DNA of 48,377 bases from positions 1 through 48,377 of the forward strand of contig CAJWLU010000025.1 of assembly GCA_913043225.1 (NCBI GenBank), in the 5' to 3' direction. How positions within the stretch are numbered: the first letter of the stretch is position 1; each line of letters starts with the position of its first letter. This DNA comes from an uncultured Acidobacteriota bacterium. GTDB lineage: Bacteria > Acidobacteriota > Vicinamibacteria > Vicinamibacterales > UBA8438. Shown piece after piece: positions 17,973-27,389 of this stretch. Made by a program: the position numbers and the translations under genes. The notes beneath the pieces were generated by a model. The model made no database searches. It was not told the origin of the DNA and worked only from the letters and a program-made list of their open reading frames with translations.

Positions 17973-18838
17973 ATGTCTTCCTGGTTGACGGTACCTACGA
18001 GCTCTTCCGACATTTTTTTGCCATGCCTTCGGCCAAGGACGCTGAGGACCGGGAGGTCGGCGCGGTCCGAGGGGTGCTCGGTTCGCTGCTGTCGATGGTC
18101 GAAGAAGGCGCGTCACACCTGGGCGTCGCTACTGACCACGTGGTCGAGTCGTTCCGCAACCATCTGTGGGAAGGCTACAAGACGGGCGAAGGCATCGAGC
18201 CGGCGCTGGCCGAGCAGTTCCATCCACTCGAAGCGGCACTTGAGGCGCTCGGCGTGTGCGTCTGGCCGATGATTGAGTTCGAGGCCGACGACGCCCTCGC
18301 GTCAGCCGCAGCGAAGGCCCACGATGACCCACAGGTCGAACAGGTGTTCATCTGCACTCCGGACAAGGATCTGGCGCAATGCGTGCGAGGACGGCGCGTG
18401 GTCCAGTTCGACCGACGCGCCGGGGTGATGCGGGACGCCGATGGGATCCGGGCGAAATTCGGTGTCTCCCCCGAGTCGATTCCCGACTATCTGGCGCTGG
18501 TTGGTGACACCGCTGACGGTTTTCCTGGTCTCAAGGGATGGGGCGCAAAGTCGGCCGCACGGGTGCTGGCCCGGTACGAACGGCTCGAGGCGATTCCGGA
18601 CGCGGCTTCAGCGTGGGACGTCGACGTGCGCGGTGCCGGACGTCTGGCTACCGAGCTTGCCGGCCATCGCGATCAGGCCGATCTGTTTCGCGACCTGGCG
18701 ACCCTGCGAACCGATGCCCCAGTGTACGAGTCGCTCGACGAACTTCGGTGGCGAGGGCCTCACCCCGCCTTCTTCGAGTATTGTGCCCGGCTGAACGCCC
18801 CGGGGCTACTGAAGCGGGCTCAGGCGCTGGCCCCCTAA
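17969..18838 (+). CDS. Stand-alone 5'-3' exonuclease / flap endonuclease (PolA N-terminal domain family)
   Basis: LVDGTYELFR, SFRN...YK, EADDALAS, TPDKDL.Q, DYLALVGDTADGFPGLKGWGAKSA. Confidence 0.93.
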   Translation: MNVFLVDGTYELFRHFFAMPSAKDAEDREVGAVRGVLGSLLSMVEEGASHLGVATDHVVESFRNHLWEGYKTGEGIEPALAEQFHPLEAALEALGVCVWPMIEFEADDALASAAAKAHDDPQVEQVFICTPDKDLAQCVRGRRVVQFDRRAGVMRDADGIRAKFGVSPESIPDYLALVGDTADGFPGLKGWGAKSAARVLARYERLEAIPDAASAWDVDVRGAGRLATELAGHRDQADLFRDLATLRTDAPVYESLDELRWRGPHPAFFEYCARLNAPGLLKRAQALAP

Positions 18839-18935
18839 GTGCGGTTCCCCCGACCGGCGCCTGGACAGAGACTTCCCTCGGACAATGCGCGCCGAGCCAG
18901 GCGGTAGCAGGTCAAACTCCGTAGTATTCTGGACA

Positions 18936-19049
18936 ATGATGATCACCCACCTCGGGGACTCGCCGGCCAACGGCGCCCTAATGAGCGAGATCACCGAGAT
19001 TTCCGAGGAGATGCTCGAGCGCCTGCGAGCGCTCGGCTACGTCGGCTAG
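18936..19049 (+). pseudogene. Micro-ORF or remnant carrying a sulfatase/alkaline-phosphatase-family C-terminal tail
   Basis: ...EISEEMLERLRALGYVG*, the (E)RLRALGY tail; in-frame ATGs at 18885, 18936 and 18981; no catalytic domain upstream. Confidence 0.6.
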
Positions 19050-19104
19050 CGCTCCGGTGCTCGTTTCGCCGGCGTGTCCTGGCCGCACGCCCAACAAAGT
19101 CCAG

Positions 19105-20367
19105 ATGTCCCCACGTCGACTACCGCCATGGGCCCGGAAGCTGCTTGACCGTTACCCCGGTTCCGTGCCACCCACGACCGACCAGCCGCTGCCGGTCTGG
19201 CTTGAGGACGAGCTTGCTCAGGTCCCTTTGTGGGCCCGCATCCGGGGCACGGATGACGTCCGGCAGCGTCATCCGTACCTCCTGATCGAGGACGTTCGAT
19301 CGCAGCCTGATCTGATGCGTCAGGTACTCGACCTCCGGCCGGCGTTGGCCGATCTGGCTCACCGCCTCGTGGACCAGGGTACCCGGCACCTGGTGTTCAC
19401 CGGCTGTGGGTCGGCGTTCCACGCGTCCCAGTTCGCGGCCTTCCTGTTCCGACAGTGGACACCCTGGACGACCGAGTGCTACGAGTCCCTAGAGTTCACC
19501 AGCCACTGGACACCCTCGCACGAGCCGACTGCACTCATTGCCCAGTCGGCGACGGGTTTTACTGCCGAGACACTCGACGCGGCCGCGCATGCGACCCACC
19601 ACGGTTTGTTGACGGCGGCGTTGACCAACAGCTCCGACAGTGCGATCGAAGAGCTGTGTCACGAGTGCGTCGCGTTCCCCACCGGGCAACGGAGCGGTCC
19701 GGCGGTCTCGGTGCTCACGACCCGGTTGATGATGCTCTACCTGCTGGCGCTCGAGGTTGGTATCACCACCGGGCGACTCCACGCCCGCGAGGCTGACGAA
19801 TTGAGCTTGGCCCTGGCGCATCTCCCGGATGCGGCGGCCGAGTTCCTCCAGGAGGAGGATCTGAACATTTCCCAGATCGCCAACGAGCTAAAGGACCAGG
19901 AGGCGCTGCTGTTCGTGGGAGGCGGTCCGAACTGGTTCTCGGCCCGGGAAGGTGCGCTCAAGGTCGAGGAACAGTCCTGCCTGCTGTCCAAGGCGTATCG
20001 CCCCGCCGAGTTCCTCCACTGCGCCATACCGGTGATCGCGGAAACTGTGGGCACGGTCATCATCGGCGCCGAGGGACGTTCCTACGCGCGCTCCCACGAC
20101 GCCGTGCGGACCAGCCTAGCCGCCGGTGCGCCCTGTCTGGCGCTAGTGGTTGAGGGCGATGGCACGATTGCGCCGGCGGCGAACTTCGTCATTGCATTGC
20201 CAGATCCGCTCGACGAACTGTTGATGCCGTCGCTGGCCACGATTGCCTTTCAGCTGCTGGGGTACTATCTCGGCGCGCAGCGAGGACACAATCCGGACGC
20301 GCTGCGCACCGATGATCTGGCTCATGCGCGAGCCTGGTTGACGGCGTTTCCGTTCGGTACCCATTAA
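19105..20367 (+). CDS. Double SIS-domain sugar-phosphate isomerase/deaminase/deglycase (GlmS C-terminal/FrlB/AgaS-like)
   Basis: GCGSAFH, QSATGFTAET, LTN, VGGGPN...AREGALKVEE, EFLH, FQLLGYYL...RGHNPD; no glutaminase domain. Confidence 0.85.
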   Translation: MSPRRLPPWARKLLDRYPGSVPPTTDQPLPVWLEDELAQVPLWARIRGTDDVRQRHPYLLIEDVRSQPDLMRQVLDLRPALADLAHRLVDQGTRHLVFTGCGSAFHASQFAAFLFRQWTPWTTECYESLEFTSHWTPSHEPTALIAQSATGFTAETLDAAAHATHHGLLTAALTNSSDSAIEELCHECVAFPTGQRSGPAVSVLTTRLMMLYLLALEVGITTGRLHAREADELSLALAHLPDAAAEFLQEEDLNISQIANELKDQEALLFVGGGPNWFSAREGALKVEEQSCLLSKAYRPAEFLHCAIPVIAETVGTVIIGAEGRSYARSHDAVRTSLAAGAPCLALVVEGDGTIAPAANFVIALPDPLDELLMPSLATIAFQLLGYYLGAQRGHNPDALRTDDLAHARAWLTAFPFGTH

Positions 20368-20417
20368 CTCGAGGCCGTGGGAGCCGCTTGTAGCAGACGC
20401 GGCCGGCTAGGACCGGC

Positions 20418-20423
20418 TATAAT
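20418..20423 (+). promoter_or_regulatory. Putative sigma-70 -10 element (TATAAT) upstream of the small ORF and phosphodiesterase
   Basis: Perfect TATAAT in a GC-rich intergenic gap; no good -35 seen. Confidence 0.45.
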
Positions 20424-20473
20424 CCCCGGGGTTTGTCTGGCGTCCGTGACCGGCGCCGAGAAGGAGAAGAGCA

Positions 20474-20578
20474 ATGCCCGCGCCACCGACCATAGCCACG
20501 GTGATGTTTATCGCCGGCGCCGTGATCCCGTTCACCGTGATCGTCGTGTGCGCCGTGATCGGTCTGATCAAGCGCTGA
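20474..20578 (+). CDS. Unannotated 34-aa single-pass membrane peptide
   Basis: AAGGAG RBS at 20461-20466, 7 nt before ATG; MPAPPTIATVMFIAGAVIPFTVIVVCAVIGLIKR*; GC3-biased codons; below the ORF-track cutoff. Confidence 0.65.
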   Translation: MPAPPTIATVMFIAGAVIPFTVIVVCAVIGLIKR

Positions 20579-20621
20579 ACGGTCCTTTCCTTCCCCGGGA
20601 CGCTGCTGGAGAGGGCGAGCC

Positions 20622-22136
20622 ATGAGACGTTTGACCTCGGCCGCCGTGCTCCTGCTGGCGGCCATGCTCGCTGGCTGCGGCGAGTCCAGCCCTTCGAGCA
20701 ACGCCCCCCGACGCCTCGATCTCGTCATCATCCTGGACGGACTGCGGCCTGATTACATCGGTCAGGCCATGCCGACTCTGACCGCCCTCGGGCGGCGCGG
20801 GGTTGTGATGCGGAGTCATCACGCCGTGTACCCGACGGTGACCCGGGTGAACGCCGCCTCGCTGTCAACCGGAGCCTATCCCCAGCGTCACGGTTTGCTC
20901 GGCAACGCCGTCTACTTCCCCGCAGTGGACGACACTGCCTTCCTCGACACTAGCGACCGCGGCAATTTGTTGCGAATCGAGGCCGCAGGCGAGCCGCTGT
21001 TGACAGCTACTACGCTGGGTGAGGTGCTGACGGGGGGCGGTGCCCGGCTGCTCGTGGCAAGCGCCGGCTCGGCGGGGTCGTCGTATCTGCTAAGCCACAC
21101 GCCGGAAGGTGGCGCAATCATTCACTACGACTACGCCCGCCCGGCTTCACTCCATGCGCAGGCACTCGAGGTAGTTGGACCGGTGCCGGAGGCGGATGCG
21201 CCCAACTGGCGCCGTAACCGTTGGGTGGTCGACGCCTTTCTGGATGTCGCGATGGGAGAGGTTGACCCCGATGTTGTGATGCTCTGGCTGAGCGATCCCG
21301 ACACGACCGCTCACCGTCACGGCATCGGACATCAGCTCACCAGCGAGGCTCTGTTCTATCTGGACGCCGAGCTCGATCGCATCCAGGCCCGGCTGTCGGC
21401 GGAGGGACGGCTCGACACGACAAACATCTGGGTAACGTCCGATCACGGGTTTTCCGAGCACACCGGCGCCGTGGATCTCGACGCGCTGCTTGCGCCCTTC
21501 CAGGGAGTGCTCGACGATGGGACTCCACGCATCGTGTCCGGGGCGGGCGCGGTCTATGTCCGCGACGGAGACGACGCGACCGTACGGGAGATTGTCGATG
21601 TTCTGCAGAGGACTGAAGGCGTCGGGGCTCTGTTCACCGCGCCAGTGACCCCGGGTGACGACGCGGGCGCCATGCCAGGCACCCTGTCGTTCGATGTCGC
21701 CCGCTGGGGCCATCCGCGGGCGGCACAGGTGCTCTACTCTGCGGATTGGACCAACCAGCCCGGAGCCTACGGGTTTCCCGGGACGTCCGCGCAGGGGGGC
21801 GTGGCTGGCCATGGCACGACGAGTCCCTTTGACATTCACAACCCGCTGGTGGCGGCTGGGCCAGACCTGAAGAGCGGCGTCATCGTGGATGTGCCGAGCA
21901 GTAACGTCGATCTCGCGCCAACGCTACTGCATCTCCGGGGCATCGAGGCTCCGGTAAGCATGGACGGTCGCGTGTTGCTCGAAGCGCTTGACGCCGGGCC
22001 CGATCCGGAGATGGTGGCCGTCGATGTCACCCAGGTGCGGATGTCGCGCGAGGACGGCGCCTACGCGGTCACTGCGGCGACCTCTTCGGTCGACGACGCG
22101 ACCTACCTTGACTTCACGGTTGTAGAACGGCCGTGA
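20622..22136 (+). CDS. Alkaline phosphatase superfamily (nucleotide pyrophosphatase/phosphodiesterase) lipoprotein
   Basis: Lipobox LAGC; ILDGLRPD, PTVTRVN (Thr nucleophile), DPDTTAH, TSDHG, GHG, NVDLAPT. Confidence 0.88.
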   Translation: MRRLTSAAVLLLAAMLAGCGESSPSSNAPRRLDLVIILDGLRPDYIGQAMPTLTALGRRGVVMRSHHAVYPTVTRVNAASLSTGAYPQRHGLLGNAVYFPAVDDTAFLDTSDRGNLLRIEAAGEPLLTATTLGEVLTGGGARLLVASAGSAGSSYLLSHTPEGGAIIHYDYARPASLHAQALEVVGPVPEADAPNWRRNRWVVDAFLDVAMGEVDPDVVMLWLSDPDTTAHRHGIGHQLTSEALFYLDAELDRIQARLSAEGRLDTTNIWVTSDHGFSEHTGAVDLDALLAPFQGVLDDGTPRIVSGAGAVYVRDGDDATVREIVDVLQRTEGVGALFTAPVTPGDDAGAMPGTLSFDVARWGHPRAAQVLYSADWTNQPGAYGFPGTSAQGGVAGHGTTSPFDIHNPLVAAGPDLKSGVIVDVPSSNVDLAPTLLHLRGIEAPVSMDGRVLLEALDAGPDPEMVAVDVTQVRMSREDGAYAVTAATSSVDDATYLDFTVVERP

Positions 22137-22205
22137 TCGTAGAGGCGTGCGGTCGGGACCGGCGGTAGTCCGGAACCAACTCCGGCGCCTGATGTCCGCT
22201 GACCG

Positions 22206-23090
22206 CTACTTGCCTTGCACCACCTCGTTGCTGAGTACACCGACACCCACCACCTCGACCTCGTAGGTGTCGCCAGCGTTCATCGCCTGGGTCGTGCCCA
22301 TGGTGCCGGACCAGATCAGGTCGCCAGGCTCGAGGGTTACGTAGCGCGAGATGTAGCTCAGCATGTGGGCCATGTTGAAGATGAGGTCGCTGCTGTTGCC
22401 GCGTTGACGCTCCTCGCCGTTGAGGCGTCCGACGATTTCCAGGTCCGTCCGGTCGAGGCCAGAGACGAGGACGGGTCCAACCGCGTTGAAGCTGCGCGAG
22501 CCCTTGGCGCGCACCCACTGGATGTCGTTGGCCTGCCATACCCGCTCGCTGACATCGTTGCCGGCGGTGACACCGAAGATGTAGTCGACCGCCTCTTCGA
22601 GCGGCACGTTCTCGGCCCGCTTACCGACCACCGAGACGAGTTCCGCCTCGTAATGCAGGTCGGTCGACTCGGCAGGACGGACGATCGGGTCCTCGGGCCC
22701 CACGATCGAGTTGGCCGGGACGATGAACATGCCGGGCTCTTCGGCTGGTTCACCGGTGATGTGACTGTGGAAGTTGAACGCCGTCATCAGGACCAGCTTC
22801 GGGTCGACCGGCGCTTCTAGTCTCACGTCGGCGCGCTGAACCTCCACACCGGTCAAGGACGGCTCGAGATACGGCGCGTCGGTCAGCTGGCGAATGGTCT
22901 CGCCCTCGAGGACCCCCCACGACGTTTCCCCACCCTGGGAGTAGCGGACGAACTGCCCCGAGCTGGTGTCTATCGGGGTTTGGGCGGGCTGCGCCGACTC
23001 GATTGGTTCGGATGACGGGGGGGGGGCGCCACAGGCAGCAAGTATGAGCGCCGACAGCAGTATGGTCGCGACGAAGGAACGGGTGCGCAT
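22206..23090 (-). CDS. Fumarylacetoacetate hydrolase family protein with lipoprotein signal
   Basis: Lipobox LAAC; HYEAELV, GNDVSER, RAKG, TLEPGDLI.SGT; AGGAGG RBS. Confidence 0.88.
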   Translation of the reverse strand: MRTRSFVATILLSALILAACGAPPPSSEPIESAQPAQTPIDTSSGQFVRYSQGGETSWGVLEGETIRQLTDAPYLEPSLTGVEVQRADVRLEAPVDPKLVLMTAFNFHSHITGEPAEEPGMFIVPANSIVGPEDPIVRPAESTDLHYEAELVSVVGKRAENVPLEEAVDYIFGVTAGNDVSERVWQANDIQWVRAKGSRSFNAVGPVLVSGLDRTDLEIVGRLNGEERQRGNSSDLIFNMAHMLSYISRYVTLEPGDLIWSGTMGTTQAMNAGDTYEVEVVGVGVLSNEVVQGK

Positions 23091-23193
23091 TTCGAGAGCC
23101 TCCTAGCGTCGGGATCGTACGCTCTGGTCGAGCGCGGTCGCAACCGATTTCCCGCCGCAACGCCCTGGTGGCGCAAGTAGCGTTTTTCGACAA

Positions 23194-24012
23194 CTATCCG
23201 ACGGGTTCGAAATCGTTCCAGGTAGTGGTCTCACCCTTGCGGGTGGTGCTGAGGAGCACGCGTACGTGGTAGTAGAGGTCCAGCTCGGACAGCAGCCACG
23301 GCCCGCCCGGTTCAGCCGGTCGCCGTTCGAGGTAACCGGTGGCGTCCGAGATGCTGCCGAGGATACCCCACCAGAGTCGGACTCGCTCGGTCAGCTTGAA
23401 GCTGACTCGCGCCACTTCATAGGTGGACTGGTCGATCCAGATCAGGCCCCGAGAGTTGTTCAGGGCGTGGTCGGTGCGCCGACGCACCGGGAGTTTGCCG
23501 GGCCTGGGCTCGAACGACAGCACGAAGGTTGGTCGTCCGTGCAGTTCCTGGATGCCGTCGTAGGTCGCGGTGTAGCGTTCGATCAGCTCGTCGTCGAACA
23601 CCATTGCGATCTCGTCGTCGTCCTCTTCCTCAGGCTTCTCGAGCGATCCGAGGAATTTTTCCCAGCGTTTGGCCTCCTCTTCCTGATCCTTTTCAGTGAG
23701 CGGTTCGCCATTCTTGGACAGGAGGCTCGCGAAGGGCACGCCCTTGTACGGCGCGACAGCATAGTGGAAGAACTCGTCGAGTTTGACCGCGCCATCGCCA
23801 TCGAACTCCCGGTTCCGCTGTCGCATCTGATAGCGGTAGCGGGCTCCGAAGTTCTGCTCTCGAGCCCAGGTTGACCGCTCAAGCGCCCGGTCGATGATCT
23901 GGCGGACATCGACGTCCGGTCCGGACGGCGGCGGGGATGGAGCGGAGGCCAGCCCGGTCAGCCCAAGGCTGGCGGCGAAGACGACTAGGGAGCCGTGGGC
24001 GAGAGTCTTCAT
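23194..24012 (-). CDS. Exported hypothetical protein (LolA/MucB-like beta fold possible)
   Basis: Signal peptide; GRPTFVLSFEPR, GLIWIDQSTYEVARV; strongly coding composition. Confidence 0.65.
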   Translation of the reverse strand: MKTLAHGSLVVFAASLGLTGLASAPSPPPSGPDVDVRQIIDRALERSTWAREQNFGARYRYQMRQRNREFDGDGAVKLDEFFHYAVAPYKGVPFASLLSKNGEPLTEKDQEEEAKRWEKFLGSLEKPEEEDDDEIAMVFDDELIERYTATYDGIQELHGRPTFVLSFEPRPGKLPVRRRTDHALNNSRGLIWIDQSTYEVARVSFKLTERVRLWWGILGSISDATGYLERRPAEPGGPWLLSELDLYYHVRVLLSTTRKGETTTWNDFEPVG

Positions 24013-24049
24013 AGCGATCCATCGACCATGCCTAACCGGCTCCGCCAGC

Positions 24050-24210
24050 TTACCCTATGCCGCCTTCGAAGAAGACCTTAAGGGCTCGCTCCGGCTGGGC
24101 AAGCTGGCCGACATTGTCGTGCTGTCGAAGAACATCCTGCCCATCCCCGAAAGGAAGATTCCCACCTCCGAGGTGCTCTACACCATCGCCCGCGGCAGGC
24201 CGGCGCTGGT
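24050..24210 (+). pseudogene. C-terminal remnant of an amidohydrolase-3 (YtcJ-like) gene
   Basis: YAAFEEDLKGSLRLGKLADIVVLSKNILPIPE...VLYTIARGR is the family C-terminal signature; no 5' part present. Confidence 0.8.
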
Positions 24211-24220
24211 AGGCGACGGT

Positions 24221-25492
24221 TTATGGGGTGGCGGCGGCCCGGGATCCGTTGGCCGGCGTGCCGTTGAGGTAACCCGCGAGGTGCGCGATCAGGTCGCGCG
24301 CGTCGTCCTCGGCGCCGTGGATGAAGCTCGATTTCCGTCGGCGTAGAACCGGCAGGCCGATGGCGTAGAGTCCGGGGGCATCGACGGCCCCGCCGTCATG
24401 TCGCAGGTGGCCCTTGCGATCGAGCACTGGTAAGTCCAGCCAAGAATAGTCCGGTCTGAAACCGGTCGCCCAGATAATGGACCGGATCTCGCCACTGTTC
24501 AGGTCTAGATCCAGGCGATGGGATTCCGGTGCGCGGGTCGCTTCGAAGCGCTCGGGGGGAGCACATTCGACGGGTGGTTCCGCGTGGTCGGCCCACTCGT
24601 CGAAGGTGTCGAGCAGCCGGTTCATCTTGAGATCGGCCAGGGCGAACTGGTTTCCTAAGCCGCCCGAGAAAAGTGCCCGGCCATCCCGGATGGTCGCCCA
24701 GCGTCCGACTAGTTCCACTCCGGCGTCGGTCAGCGTGTTGAGGTCGAGGGTGGCGCGGCTCGGCGTCCCCACCAGCTGCGGTGATGGTAGCTTGCGGGCT
24801 CGGGTTAGATCGTCGATCTCGTCATAGCGCTCATCCCATACGCCCGAGGCAGCCATCCACCAGAGCACGTCACGGCCCCGGTAGGTACGAGGCAGGCGGA
24901 CGTGCTCGCCAACCGATAGGCTCACCGGCCGGCCCGATCGCTGGATCTCGTCCGTCAACTGCACCCCGGTGGCCGAGGCCCCTACTACCAGTACTCCGCC
25001 CTCGGGCAGTTGAGCCGGCGACCGGTAATTCATCGGCGTCACGCACTCGATCGACGAGGGCACGGCGTGGCAGAAGGATGGCACCGTCGGTAGATTACAG
25101 GCGCCACTGGCCAGGATGAGGCTGCGGCACCGCAGGTCGCCAGTGTCGGTCGCCACGTGATAGCCGTCGTCGGCGGGCTGCACCGACGTGACGGTCGTGT
25201 GGGTACGCACGGGGGCCGAGCGCGCTGCCGCGTAGTCAGCGATAAACTCGACCAATTCCGCGCTGGTCATGAAGCCGTCGGGGTTGGAGCCCTGGTACTT
25301 CTGACCCGGCAGCCGCGTCTGCCAGTTGGGCGTCAGCAGGCGCATGGAGTCCCAGCGTTCGCGACGCCACGAGTTCGCCACCTCGCCACGTTCGAGGACG
25401 ACGTGGTCGATCGATCGCTCACTCAGGCATGTACTGGCTGCGAGACCGGCATGCCCAGCGCCGACGACGACAGTGGTTACTTGCTGATTCAC
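24221..25492 (-). CDS. FAD/NAD(P)-dependent oxidoreductase (flavin monooxygenase, CzcO/TrkA-like)
   Basis: VVVGAGHAG, NSWRRERWDSMRLLTPNW, VLVVGASATGVQ, IIWATGFRPDYSWL, SSFIHG; GTG start. Confidence 0.88.
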   Translation of the reverse strand: MNQQVTTVVVGAGHAGLAASTCLSERSIDHVVLERGEVANSWRRERWDSMRLLTPNWQTRLPGQKYQGSNPDGFMTSAELVEFIADYAAARSAPVRTHTTVTSVQPADDGYHVATDTGDLRCRSLILASGACNLPTVPSFCHAVPSSIECVTPMNYRSPAQLPEGGVLVVGASATGVQLTDEIQRSGRPVSLSVGEHVRLPRTYRGRDVLWWMAASGVWDERYDEIDDLTRARKLPSPQLVGTPSRATLDLNTLTDAGVELVGRWATIRDGRALFSGGLGNQFALADLKMNRLLDTFDEWADHAEPPVECAPPERFEATRAPESHRLDLDLNSGEIRSIIWATGFRPDYSWLDLPVLDRKGHLRHDGGAVDAPGLYAIGLPVLRRRKSSFIHGAEDDARDLIAHLAGYLNGTPANGSRAAATP

Positions 25493-25500
25493 GCCTGGCG

Positions 25501-26061
25501 TCAGGCCTTGTTGACGGCGACGGAGACGTTGGTCGGGTTGGTGATCACATCGTAGACGGCCGACCGCTTCTGCGACTGCGCCACCAGGGCTTCGATGTCG
25601 GCTTGGGGTGCGTCGGCGTCGATGTTGAAGGTCACCTTGATGTCGTCGTAACCGTTGCGGATGTCGCTGTCCATCCCCAGGATGCCCTGGATGTCCATCG
25701 ACCCCTCGAGCTTCGACTCGACCGAGCGGAGCTGGATCTCACGGTTTTGGGCGACCGCTGCCACTCCCGCGGTCAGGCAGCTGGCCAGCCCGACGAGGAT
25801 GTATTCGATCGGCGTGGCGCCCAGGTCTTCGGAGGCAAAGATCTCCGGATGGTCGGCGTCGAAGCTGAACTCGGTCTTGTGCTGCTGCTCTTCGCCGAGG
25901 CCGTGGAAGCCCTGGACGCTGGTAGTGCTATGTGTGCCGTTCTGCCATTTGCAGGAGGCTCGCCAGTTGAACTTTGTGGCCGCGGGGGCGTCCTTCAGCG
26001 CCTCGCGGGCGTCGAGCAGTGCTTGGACGTTGACGCCATTGTTAACCGTGGTCTCGGACAT
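25501..26061 (-). CDS. OsmC-family protein
   Basis: NGVNV...ADHP..FASEDLGATPIEYILVGLASCLTAG...QKRSAVYD..TNP; GAGGAG RBS. Confidence 0.88.
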   Translation of the reverse strand: MSETTVNNGVNVQALLDAREALKDAPAATKFNWRASCKWQNGTHSTTSVQGFHGLGEEQQHKTEFSFDADHPEIFASEDLGATPIEYILVGLASCLTAGVAAVAQNREIQLRSVESKLEGSMDIQGILGMDSDIRNGYDDIKVTFNIDADAPQADIEALVAQSQKRSAVYDVITNPTNVSVAVNKA

Positions 26062-26174
26062 CGGTTTTCTCCTCGTTCCCTGAATGTGTCTTGTGGTAGC
26101 CGCCGGGGCAGGCCGACAGCATACATCGAGACGCCGGTCCCGGCGATCTCGTGTACGGAATTATGATCTTTGGG

Positions 26175-27374
26175 ATGGCGAGGTCAGTGAGCGGGCCCGT
26201 GCCCGGTTCGGTCGGGGTTGTCGAGACCAGGTATCTGGAGCTTCCGGCCGGAGTGCGGCTCGACTGCGGCGCCACCGTGGCCCCGCTCCAGGTCGCCTAC
26301 GAGACCTACGGCACCCTGTCACCCGATCGTGACAACGTTATTCTGGTGTGCCATGCGCTCAGCGGCGATGCTCACGCCGCGGGGCAGGCGGCAGTCCCGT
26401 CGTCAGAGAGCACGCGGGATGGATTCCGGGCCGAGGAGCGTGACGGCGCCGCGGGGCGAGGTCTCGGCTGGTGGGACGGAATGATCGGTCCGGGTAAGGC
26501 GTTCGACACCGATCGTTTTTACGTTGTTAGCTCGAATCTGCTCGGGGGCTGCCAGGGCACGACTGGTCCCGGGTCGACGAATGCCGAGACCGGCCGGCCC
26601 TTTGGCGCTGATTTTCCTGTGATTACCGTTGGCGACATGGTGCGGGTGCAGCGGTCCATGCTCGATGCCCTGGGAATTCCGCGTCTGGCGGCCGTGGCCG
26701 GCGGCTCGCTGGGCGGCATGCAGGCACTCGAGTGGGCGGTGCGGTATCCGGAGGACGTGGACGCCATCATCCCGATCGCCAGCACCCACGCGCTGGCGCC
26801 GCAGGGTGTGGCCTGGAACGCGATCGCGCGTAACGCCATCACCAGCGATCCCGCCTGGCAGGGCGGTCACTACTATGGCACTGGCCAGCACCCCGATGAT
26901 GGGATGGGTATCGCACGGATGGTGGGTCATATCACCTACCTGTCGGCGGACTCGATGCACCAGAAGTTCGGGCGCCGGCTGCAGGACACTGACGAGGTGT
27001 CGTTCGACCTCACGCGCGCCGACTTCGAGGTGGAGAGCTACCTGCGGTATCAGGCCAGCACCTTCGTCAAGCGGTTCGACGCGAACACCTACCTGTATCT
27101 CTCCCGAGCCCTGACTTACTTCGACCTTGCCCGCCAGCACGGGAACGGCAGCCTCGAAAGAGCTGTCTCCGGCATCTCGGCGCGGACGTTGCTGATCGCA
27201 TTCAGCTCAGACTGGTTGTATCCGCCATCCGGGTCCGAGCAGCTGGCCAATGCATTGGGGAGTCATGGGCGATCCGTCGAGTTGCACGTCATCGACGCGC
27301 CCTACGGCCACGACTGCTTCTTGCTTGAAGAGGCCCGCCAGATCCCCATGGTCAGGGCCTTTCTCGGCTGCTGA
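26175..27374 (+). CDS. metX: Homoserine O-acetyltransferase (MetX, alpha/beta hydrolase fold)
   Basis: HALSGD, GWWDGMIGPGK, NLLGGCQG, GGSLGGMQ (Ser), SDWLYP (Asp), GHDCFL (His). Start ATG 26175 or GTG 26187. Confidence 0.94.
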   Translation: MARSVSGPVPGSVGVVETRYLELPAGVRLDCGATVAPLQVAYETYGTLSPDRDNVILVCHALSGDAHAAGQAAVPSSESTRDGFRAEERDGAAGRGLGWWDGMIGPGKAFDTDRFYVVSSNLLGGCQGTTGPGSTNAETGRPFGADFPVITVGDMVRVQRSMLDALGIPRLAAVAGGSLGGMQALEWAVRYPEDVDAIIPIASTHALAPQGVAWNAIARNAITSDPAWQGGHYYGTGQHPDDGMGIARMVGHITYLSADSMHQKFGRRLQDTDEVSFDLTRADFEVESYLRYQASTFVKRFDANTYLYLSRALTYFDLARQHGNGSLERAVSGISARTLLIAFSSDWLYPPSGSEQLANALGSHGRSVELHVIDAPYGHDCFLLEEARQIPMVRAFLGC

Positions 27375-27389
27375 CCAGGAGTAATCCAA

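Noticed and set aside
26062..26174. SAM riboswitch upstream of metX
   Set aside because: No SAM-I/II core sequences recognised; a -10 box directly before the ATG suggests a leaderless transcript. One hairpin (GAGACGCCGG...CCGGCGATCTC) is not diagnostic.
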